DNA from: Vampirovibrionaceae bacterium NZW_1234
GTDB taxonomy: Bacteria; Cyanobacteriota; Vampirovibrionia; Vampirovibrionales; JAGQHJ01
Length of the DNA: 64,000 nt
Reading direction: 5' to 3'
NCBI GenBank assembly: GCA_041697335.1
Contig: JBGUGD010000030.1
Location: 160,001-224,000 of the forward strand
Positions 38,089 to 46,096 of the stretch are shown one piece after another. The translations under genes were made by a program, and so were the position numbers. Every line of letters begins with the position of its first letter. The first letter of the stretch is position 1. The notes beneath the pieces are model-generated. The model saw only the letters and a list, made by a program, of their open reading frames with translations, made no database searches and was not told where the DNA came from.

Positions 38089-40152
38089 ATGATACAGGTG
38101 TTGTATCGGAATCCGATTCATAATTTGCCTATGGCGAAAACCGTGAAGGTGCAGCGCCCTACAAAGGCTCTTCCTCAAGCGGTTGTTCGCTCCGGCTCGG
38201 CCTTGGCCAAGGTGTCCTCTGTGCCGCTTACTGCGACGCAATGGCAGGCCTATGTCTTGCCAAAATCCGATCGGCAAACCCGCTTTGGGATGAACTCGGA
38301 TATTTTCTCTCCCGGTGATATCCTACTGGGCGATCATCCTCCGGATGATGAGCTGGATGAGCTGGATGCGTCTCGTAAGTACCAGTGGGATATTATGACC
38401 CGGTCTCGGCCCGGATTCCCTCAAGGATGGCTACAACCGGAAGATACCGTATTTGTGGTCACCGATCAGATGCGGATGATGCAGGCCAATGCCCGAAATG
38501 GGTTTCCGCTTCGCTATAATCACTATAGCTGGGGTGAGGCCTTTAACCGGCTCTATCAAATGCAGGGCCATGGGTTGATGCGGATTTACGAAAGCGTCAT
38601 CAATACCAAGCCTTCGGTTGCCTATTTGTTGGATTTCAATCCGGTCTATGCACAGAAGCTGGTTATCGGACACGTGTTTGCACACACCGACTTCTTTAAG
38701 AATAATATCCGGTTCCAGGACTCGAACCGAGACATTATGCGAGTTATGGCCGACAATAAGCGCGCCATTGCCAAATATGCCTCTGACCCGATGATTTTAC
38801 GTAAAAGCGTCGGGAAAACCACCCCGGTGGAGCGGTTTATTGATGATTATAAGACGATGGAATGGCTCATTGACATGAGTAAATCCGCACCGCCGCCACT
38901 AACCCCCTATGGGCAGGCAACGGATCCATCTACGGTGGCTCAGGTGGATTTGGACATGGGGTTAAGCCGTCAAAAACTTGGCTTGGGTGGCTTGATGCGA
39001 GACTTTATTGTCTCTGAAGACGAGCGTTCGAAAGCCGTAGATGATGCGCTGACCCGTCGGGAAAATCGAATCAAAAACATTCCGCCAGAACCCACGCGAG
39101 ATGTCTTGGGCTTTTTAATTCAGCACTCTAAGTCGCTTGAACCTTGGCAGCGGGATATTTTAACCCGTCTTCGCGAAGAATCGTACTACTTTGCTCCTCA
39201 GATTCAAACCAAGGTTATGAATGAGGGGTGGGCGACCTGGTGGCATACCCGAATGGGTGCTGAAGGGGTCTATAAACCGGATGAGATGGTTCCGGTTGCC
39301 AAGATGATGGCCGGTGGTGAAGCTCATGACCCTCAGGGGCTTAACCCTTATTTGGTGGGTCGCACCATTTTCCATAATATCTATGAAAAAGCGGGGCGGG
39401 GTATTCCCATTGATGTGCCCGAGGAAGAACTGGTTAAACGCTATAGTATTGATGAGCTGATGGCGCTGAAAAAGAAACCCATTGACGATGAGTTGGGCAT
39501 CAAGGCCATTCAGCATGTGCGCAAATATGAAGATGATATGTCGTTCTTGCGCAAATATTTAACCGAGGACGTTGCCCGTGAATTGGGTCTGTACAATTAC
39601 GAAGAGGTAACCGATTTCCGGGGTAATACGGAAGAGGTTGTGACTTCCAAAGATTTCAATGCGGTCAAATCTCGGATTCTTCAAAATTATGACAATGGCG
39701 GTATGCCTATCATTGAAGTCGTCAATGGGGACTATCGCGGTCGCAGTGAATTGTTGCTGCGTCATGTCCATCTGTTCCAGGATCTGAATCGCAACGACGC
39801 CAAAGAGACGTTGAAATCGGTTTATCGGATGTGGGGTATGCCGGTTCACCTGGATACCTTCTACACCGCACCCGTGGATCCCAACCTGATTAACAGTTTG
39901 GTTCAATCGATCCGTAATGCCCGACAATATGGCCAAGGCAAAGCCTATTGGCGTGGCAGTGAAAAGACGTTACAGGAAATGGAACAAGAGTTGCATAAAC
40001 TGCAATCCAACAAGACGAAAGTCCCCATCCGATTCTCGACCGAAGATGGGAAGGATGTGTCCATTCGCGTCCTGAATGACAAAGGGGATACCACCAAAAA
40101 CTTCGATCCCAAAGATTTCGTGATTAAGGCAGACAGCGATTGGTATTGGTAG
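38089..40152 (+). CDS. spoVR: SpoVR/YcgB-family protein with N-terminal leader
   Basis: RYNHYSWG, IYESVIN, GHVFAHTDFFKNN, YFAPQIQTKVMNEGWATWWH, LNPYLVG, ELLLRH. Confidence 0.9.
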   Translation: MIQVLYRNPIHNLPMAKTVKVQRPTKALPQAVVRSGSALAKVSSVPLTATQWQAYVLPKSDRQTRFGMNSDIFSPGDILLGDHPPDDELDELDASRKYQWDIMTRSRPGFPQGWLQPEDTVFVVTDQMRMMQANARNGFPLRYNHYSWGEAFNRLYQMQGHGLMRIYESVINTKPSVAYLLDFNPVYAQKLVIGHVFAHTDFFKNNIRFQDSNRDIMRVMADNKRAIAKYASDPMILRKSVGKTTPVERFIDDYKTMEWLIDMSKSAPPPLTPYGQATDPSTVAQVDLDMGLSRQKLGLGGLMRDFIVSEDERSKAVDDALTRRENRIKNIPPEPTRDVLGFLIQHSKSLEPWQRDILTRLREESYYFAPQIQTKVMNEGWATWWHTRMGAEGVYKPDEMVPVAKMMAGGEAHDPQGLNPYLVGRTIFHNIYEKAGRGIPIDVPEEELVKRYSIDELMALKKKPIDDELGIKAIQHVRKYEDDMSFLRKYLTEDVARELGLYNYEEVTDFRGNTEEVVTSKDFNAVKSRILQNYDNGGMPIIEVVNGDYRGRSELLLRHVHLFQDLNRNDAKETLKSVYRMWGMPVHLDTFYTAPVDPNLINSLVQSIRNARQYGQGKAYWRGSEKTLQEMEQELHKLQSNKTKVPIRFSTEDGKDVSIRVLNDKGDTTKNFDPKDFVIKADSDWYW

Positions 40153-40161
40153 GGGTGACGT

Positions 40162-41952
40162 ATGATTATTAATCAACTTGGACAATTCATACAGAAACCG
40201 ACAAACACGGCTCGCCCCAGTGTTTCTCGGCGACCTGTGATGCCTGCGCTGAACCAGGATCTGTTTCAAATCTCCAGAGCGCAATCGGGCCAGAGTCGGC
40301 AAGTTCGTTTTTCGGGCGATGACGATGGCATGACCGATCCGGATACCAAGCGTTTCTGGGATATTGTCAAAGGTGTTGAGACGCCGGAGCACTTGCTGGA
40401 TCAAATTACCCGAGGCGGTTTAAAAATTGGCCAGGATGGTGGTGTGACGTTGCCGATGCCGACCATTAACCGCCCCACGTTCTCTTATAAACCCAATAGC
40501 GATAGCAATGATGATGGCGACGGCGATGGCGATGGGGATGGTCAAGGTGGACCAGGACAAGGCCCCGGTAAAGGTGGCGGTGTTGGGAGCAATCCTGGTG
40601 CCGGACCAGGTGACGTCATTGGTCAGGATGGCGATGGCGAAGGTGATGGCCAAGGTGGCAAAGGTGCTGGCCAAGGCGGTGGTGGTGGTGGCCGTGAAAA
40701 ATGGGAACGCCGCCTCACGGGAACCGAAGTTGCGAAATTGCTTGAGCAATTGGAACTCCCCTATTTGCAAGACAAAGGGCGGGGCCAGTTCCAACATGCC
40801 GGAATTCGGTGGAATAACAAGCGTCAACCGCCGCCGGGGATCCCGCTCAGAGAGTCGTATGATCCGGCCATTGCACGTGAAACATTCCACGTGAGTCAGG
40901 AACAAAAGAAGTTTATTGGCGAGCTTTATCAGGTGGCCTTTGGGCGAGAGCCTCAGGATGACGAGCTGGATTATTGGAAAGACGTACTCAAGGAGCTTGA
41001 GGCGGATAACCAGATGGATCTGGAAAACGTTGAGCCGTTGTTGATTGGCGAGTTTTTAACCTCGGAGCAGTATCAACAGCAGTTTGGCGGCAAAACCGAT
41101 AAGATGATTTCGGATGCCTACAAGCTGGCCATCGGCAAAGCGCCTTCTCGTCATGGGATTGAACTCTGGAGCAGCAAATTGGAAACCGGCTTAACGGTTA
41201 AAGATATGCCGCTTGCGCTTTACCAGATGTTTGGCGACAAGATGGACAGCCGACGTCGGAATATCGTTTTTAATCCCGATAATCTGATTATTGCACCCAA
41301 GGAAGTGCGACGCATTGACTGGAAAGAACACAAGAAGCCTTTTTCTCAGGCCGTTATTTTCTATGTCATGGATGTTTCCGGATCCATTTCCGATCAGGAT
41401 AAAGAAATGGCCCGGATGAACAACTACTTGCTCTCGACCTGGGTGAAATACCAGTATGGTTTGAAAGTGGCCAAGATGCAGGGCAAAAAGTACAACGACA
41501 AAGAATTTTTCGGCAAAAGTGTCGCTGAGCGTCATATCATTTTTACCGAGACTGCCAAAGAAGTGGATGCCGATGAGTTTTACACCACCTCTCAATCCGG
41601 TGGAACCAGTATTTCATCGGGGTTGAAGATGGTCGAAGAGATTATTGACAAAGATTATCCGCCCAAGGATTGGAACGTGTATGTGTTTGTTTATAGTGAC
41701 GGGGACTCTTGGAGCGACAACGATAAGTCCGTCAAGATTATTCAGGACTTGGAGAAAAAAGGGATTAATCTCATGGCATACGGTCACTTAGGGCAACGAA
41801 GCAGCATTTCCGGCAGTAATTTTGCCAATGTGCTCAATGAAAAATTCAAGGAATCCAAGACCGTGCGTCTTGCTGTCCTGGATCGTCCTGAGATGAAAAC
41901 CTATAAAGAAGCCATAAAAGCCATGTTGGCGAAAGAGAAGGAGGCTGTGTAA
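40162..41952 (+). CDS. YeaH/YhbH (DUF444) vWA-domain protein with leader and inserted domain
   Basis: Gly/Asp-rich linker, LELPYLQDK, MIDAS MDVSGS, SGGTSISSG, YPPKDWNVY, SDGD. Confidence 0.85.
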   Translation: MIINQLGQFIQKPTNTARPSVSRRPVMPALNQDLFQISRAQSGQSRQVRFSGDDDGMTDPDTKRFWDIVKGVETPEHLLDQITRGGLKIGQDGGVTLPMPTINRPTFSYKPNSDSNDDGDGDGDGDGQGGPGQGPGKGGGVGSNPGAGPGDVIGQDGDGEGDGQGGKGAGQGGGGGGREKWERRLTGTEVAKLLEQLELPYLQDKGRGQFQHAGIRWNNKRQPPPGIPLRESYDPAIARETFHVSQEQKKFIGELYQVAFGREPQDDELDYWKDVLKELEADNQMDLENVEPLLIGEFLTSEQYQQQFGGKTDKMISDAYKLAIGKAPSRHGIELWSSKLETGLTVKDMPLALYQMFGDKMDSRRRNIVFNPDNLIIAPKEVRRIDWKEHKKPFSQAVIFYVMDVSGSISDQDKEMARMNNYLLSTWVKYQYGLKVAKMQGKKYNDKEFFGKSVAERHIIFTETAKEVDADEFYTTSQSGGTSISSGLKMVEEIIDKDYPPKDWNVYVFVYSDGDSWSDNDKSVKIIQDLEKKGINLMAYGHLGQRSSISGSNFANVLNEKFKESKTVRLAVLDRPEMKTYKEAIKAMLAKEKEAV

Positions 41953-41954
41953 CG

Positions 41955-44684
41955 ATGGTTGACTCCATTTCTTTTTCTTCTTTGCCAGCGTTGGTTCGGC
42001 GTCGGTCGCTGTCGACCCCGGTAATGCCCAGAAAACCCATTGTGGTTACCCCGGGGTTAAAATCCTCAGCGTTTGGGTTGGCCAAGGGTGTTCATTACCA
42101 GGCCTATGCCTTGCCTCGTTTCTCAGCGGCAAACACGACACCCGTTGTGAAAGAAGCGCCAGCCCAAACCCAAAGTGGCGCTGCTGCTGAAAACGCTGAA
42201 GCCCAGGCGGATGCGTTGCTGAGTAAAATCACGACCGACACGAAGGTAAAATTCAAAGAAACCAAGCCGATGATGAGCTTGAAAGAGTTTATCTCGCTGG
42301 TTTACCAAGATCCCTATAAATACCTGCCTACTGCCAGTCACTATGCGGTTCGCGGTTTGAAGTCCTTCGGAACCGAGAATAAACGGGTGATGGGTGAAGA
42401 TGTGGTGGCGCACAAGTTTGTGAAAGCGCCCTGGAAATCCCAAGCCTTAAACGAAATTCCCGGGCTCCTGGGTCAAGATGAGGTGATTTCTCAGATTATT
42501 GAAACCCTGGAAGATTTTTCCCGAACCGGGAAGCAGAATCGGATGATTTTGCTTGTCGGCCCCAAAGGCAGCGGAAAAAGTGAAACCTGGCGCCTGGTCT
42601 CCAAGGCCCTGGAACTCTATTCACATCGACCTGAAGGGGTGCGCTATACGTTGAACTGGGTCTTCCCCAAGAGCAATCCCTTCGATATTATTCGCCCCTT
42701 AATGACGGAAGACGATTACAATCAGTGGGAAAAGACCAAGCAAGGCTCTTCTACCGTATTGTCTCCCAAAAATATCGGGGCACTTCTAGAGTCTAATTTA
42801 AATATTCACCCGCTGTTCTTGTTGCCGGTTCAGGATCGCGAAGCTTTAATCCAGGATCTGCACCGCCGGGGTAAGATTCAGAATACGGCTGAATTTAGTT
42901 ACTTCATCAACGGTAAACTGGATTCCTACTCCCAGAAGATTCTTGATGCTCTGACCGAACACTACGACGGGGATATGAGCAAGGTGTTCAACCACGTGAT
43001 GGTCGAGCGCTGGACGATGTCTGAACAAAGTGGTAAGGGTCTTGGCATGGTGCCGCCTGCGGCAAACCGAGATGCGATGTTAAAACAGGTGACTCCCGAT
43101 GTTCGATGGGATAGGTTCCCAGCCTTCCTGCAACGAGCTGGCCTGATGAAACTGGTGGGAGCCTTGCCCAATGCCAATGGCGGCTTGTTTAACATGGAAG
43201 ATATGGGCCGTAACATGGACCCGACCCGTTATGTGTATCTCCTGATCACCGGCGAAACAGGGGAGACCATTATTGACACCCATGGCCAGGATGATGCATC
43301 CACAGTTCGTGAACAATTGGATGTGGTTTTTGTAGGCAGCGCCAACCCGGAAAGCATCTTAAAAATGATGAAAGAAGGGCAATGGGATGCTTTGTCGAAG
43401 CGGACCAAATTGATTTATGTGCCGTATTTGCGCCAATATCGTGAAGAAGCCCAGATTTACGAACCCTTGCTGGCCAATCAGCGTCAACGGGGTCGAAAGA
43501 TCGATCCGTTTGTCAATGAAGCCTTCCCGTTGTTTTTGACGACCACGCGTTTGCTGCCCGTCAATGCAGATAATGCGGCTTATAAAAAGGTCAATAGCGA
43601 TGAATTGACAGAAGGCTTGAAAAAGCTCGATCCGTTACGCAAGGCGTTGCTGTATCAAGGGGAAGATTTAAATTCCTTTGAAAGTTCGCCGAATAAGGTG
43701 CCGCCTTTTGAACGACGGATTCAAGAAGCCCTGCATGATCATGTGGCCCTGGTCAAACATGAGCATGACCCGGATTCTCGCTCGGACATTGTCTCGAACT
43801 TTGAAGGCAGTCATGGCATCGATCCTCGTGAAGGTGAGGATTTGATGAAGCGGATATTAAACTATGATCCGGAGTCGCCGGTGACGGTCTTGACGATGTT
43901 TCAAGCTCTTGCCGATGTGGTCAAAACGGATATGAAATATCAGCAGGATTTGGTGCAAGCCATTAAAATGGATCCCAATTTCTTTGGCAAGTTTCAGAAG
44001 CCCGGGGCCAAGAAAGATGAAAGCCCGGCCTTTGTTCCGACGCCCATTGATTTGCTGAAGATGGTCGAGGGCCATATGCGACGGAAAATGCAGGTGGAAA
44101 TCAAAGAGGCCTTGAAGGTCTATCATGAGCCCAAGATCTATGCCGACCAGATTCGCAAGTATATGGCCCATGTTGAGGCCCGTAACAATACGACTGAAAT
44201 AGACGATCCGGAGCTGCGTTCACCAACATCCACGGATAAAACACCCGATCCGAATTTCATGAAGCGAATTGAATTGATTATTGCGCCTAGTGCCGTGAAA
44301 TCGGATAAGGATTTAGAAACCTTCCGGCTGGAAATGATGGGCCGTCAAAAGCGATGGGATCGGAGCCAATCCGTACAGGACAACATCTTGCGGATTTATG
44401 AGCCCGAGGTAAAAACCTTGATGACCCATGATGAAACCAAGTTCCAGGAACACCTGGATCGGTTGCTGGCCGATCTGCCCAAGGTCTTGCGTAATCCCAA
44501 TATTTACGACAACCAGGCCGATAAAAAAGATCATGTGGAACAAATTTTAGGAGGTATTGCAAAACTCACCGAGCGCGGTATACCCAAGGAAGCGTTGCCT
44601 CAAATGGTGGAGTGGGCCTTTGATCCGGCTCGAAACTTTATCTCCGATGGTACATTTAAAATTAGGAGGCCCTCGCAGTCATGA
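41955..44684 (+). CDS. Second PrkA-family AAA+ ATPase with N-terminal leader
   Basis: NRMILLVGPKGSGKS, LELYS..PEGVRY, GALPNANGGLFNMED, FVGSAN, VPYL, FEGSHGIDPRE. Confidence 0.82.
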   Translation: MVDSISFSSLPALVRRRSLSTPVMPRKPIVVTPGLKSSAFGLAKGVHYQAYALPRFSAANTTPVVKEAPAQTQSGAAAENAEAQADALLSKITTDTKVKFKETKPMMSLKEFISLVYQDPYKYLPTASHYAVRGLKSFGTENKRVMGEDVVAHKFVKAPWKSQALNEIPGLLGQDEVISQIIETLEDFSRTGKQNRMILLVGPKGSGKSETWRLVSKALELYSHRPEGVRYTLNWVFPKSNPFDIIRPLMTEDDYNQWEKTKQGSSTVLSPKNIGALLESNLNIHPLFLLPVQDREALIQDLHRRGKIQNTAEFSYFINGKLDSYSQKILDALTEHYDGDMSKVFNHVMVERWTMSEQSGKGLGMVPPAANRDAMLKQVTPDVRWDRFPAFLQRAGLMKLVGALPNANGGLFNMEDMGRNMDPTRYVYLLITGETGETIIDTHGQDDASTVREQLDVVFVGSANPESILKMMKEGQWDALSKRTKLIYVPYLRQYREEAQIYEPLLANQRQRGRKIDPFVNEAFPLFLTTTRLLPVNADNAAYKKVNSDELTEGLKKLDPLRKALLYQGEDLNSFESSPNKVPPFERRIQEALHDHVALVKHEHDPDSRSDIVSNFEGSHGIDPREGEDLMKRILNYDPESPVTVLTMFQALADVVKTDMKYQQDLVQAIKMDPNFFGKFQKPGAKKDESPAFVPTPIDLLKMVEGHMRRKMQVEIKEALKVYHEPKIYADQIRKYMAHVEARNNTTEIDDPELRSPTSTDKTPDPNFMKRIELIIAPSAVKSDKDLETFRLEMMGRQKRWDRSQSVQDNILRIYEPEVKTLMTHDETKFQEHLDRLLADLPKVLRNPNIYDNQADKKDHVEQILGGIAKLTERGIPKEALPQMVEWAFDPARNFISDGTFKIRRPSQS

Positions 44685-45961
44685 CCGTTGCTCTGACCCC
44701 AGTGAATCAGTTTGTGTCCTCACGTTTATTGGCCAGTAAAGGGGGTGTTTCTCCCAAGCGGCCTGTATCCCGCCAGCCGCGTTTTGCCGGTCAATTCAGT
44801 CAGCCAGTAACGGCACCGGTATCCAATCAGCAATTGGTGTCGGCGCTCAAGGGCCAGGTTAAGTTTGGCTCCTTGGGACAACTGATCAGTATTGCCCCGG
44901 GGTATAAGTTGGGTGAAGCTCGGGCAGCTCATAACCAGCCCCTGAATCGGATGCCCAGCATTATTTTGGAAAGCGCCACCGGCGATAAAATCGCGATCGA
45001 TCCGGTTTCGGCCAATTTTGAGCGCAATATTATCGAGTTTACCGAAGATTTTAATCAAGACTCGGCTCGCGCCTTTAATGCCCAGGTCGATTTTCTGAAA
45101 AACAAAATCCTGGATAAACGTGCTAAGGGCGAAATTAAAGACCCCAGTGAAGAAACGGTTCATATTTACATCAATAGCCCGGGTGGGATGATTATCTCGC
45201 TTTATGCCATGATCGATGCTGTTGATACGTTGAAAAAAGCCAATATCCCCGTGGCTACCTACTGCCGTGGCATGGCTGCCAGTTGCGGTTCGGTATTGTT
45301 TGCCCTGGGTACTCCCGGCCAGCGTTATATGACCCCCCATGGGCGTGTTTTGGTGCACCAACCGTTGGGTGGAAGTTATGGTCAGGCAACGGATATCGGG
45401 CTTCAGAACGAAGAAATTCAAGAGATGAAAATTAAGCTGACCGATATTTTGTCCCTCTCTGCGCTGGAGGGCAAAATCATTCGATTGCAGAAAGAAGTGG
45501 ATCGCCTGTCGGAATCCGAAAATCAGTGGTCCCCGAATGTACAGGCCCGGCAAAAGCAAATTGCGCAATTTGAGGCGGAGAAAGTTCGGATTCGTAAAAC
45601 CCAGGAAGCTCGCACTCAACAGAAAATTTACATTACCCAGGCCGAAATGCTGAAAGCAGAAGACCGGAGTCAAGAAGCCGAAGAGGCCTTGGCTAAAGGC
45701 CAAAAGCTCGTAACCGATACCATTGCAGCCGTCACCAGCGAAGCCCGTGAGCAGGAGCGTCAGCGTTTAACCGAGGTGATTGCCAATTCCGATGGTGCGA
45801 CGAAGACTACGGCAGAACGAGAATTGAGACGCTTGGATGATCGCAAGGTCCCCTATAGCTCGACTCGCGAACGTATGGCCCAAGTCATGGAGCGCGATCG
45901 CTGGTTGACTGCTGAAGAAGCCGTTGAGTACGGCTTAGCGGACGGTATTGTCACCCGCTAA
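44681..45961 (+). CDS. clpP: ClpP-family peptidase with N-terminal leader and large coiled-coil insertion
   Basis: IYINSPGG, GMAASCGS (Ser201), VLVHQPLGG (His226), GQATDI, MERDRWLTAEEAVEYGLAD (Asp406). Confidence 0.85.
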   Translation: MTVALTPVNQFVSSRLLASKGGVSPKRPVSRQPRFAGQFSQPVTAPVSNQQLVSALKGQVKFGSLGQLISIAPGYKLGEARAAHNQPLNRMPSIILESATGDKIAIDPVSANFERNIIEFTEDFNQDSARAFNAQVDFLKNKILDKRAKGEIKDPSEETVHIYINSPGGMIISLYAMIDAVDTLKKANIPVATYCRGMAASCGSVLFALGTPGQRYMTPHGRVLVHQPLGGSYGQATDIGLQNEEIQEMKIKLTDILSLSALEGKIIRLQKEVDRLSESENQWSPNVQARQKQIAQFEAEKVRIRKTQEARTQQKIYITQAEMLKAEDRSQEAEEALAKGQKLVTDTIAAVTSEAREQERQRLTEVIANSDGATKTTAERELRRLDDRKVPYSSTRERMAQVMERDRWLTAEEAVEYGLADGIVTR

Positions 45962-46096
45962 GTGGTTTTTCACACGCACCCTCGATTGACTTGATTCAGA
46001 TCCCCGTATTGTCGCTGCTGCTGGGCTCGTGTCTTGTGATTCTTTCAGGTACAATGGCCCAACATGGGCCGTATTGATACGAGAGAGGAGCGTTTT

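Noticed and set aside
40495..40695. Gly/Asp-rich low-complexity stretch as a novel repeat or collagen
   Set aside because: Such linkers are typical of YeaH/YhbH proteins and it is not a regular Gly-X-Y array
35806..41952. Evidence of endospore formation from spoVR/prkA/yhbH
   Set aside because: These families are widespread in non-sporulating bacteria and archaea, and no other sporulation genes are present
44726..45703. Long antisense ORFs (e.g. 44726-45703, 36772-37539, 29784-30503, 4081-4812)
   Set aside because: Shadow frames opposite well-supported genes, with no recognisable motifs
45464..45859. Intein in ClpP
   Set aside because: No His-Asn plus Cys/Ser/Thr splice junction or HINT motifs; the segment looks like a coiled coil
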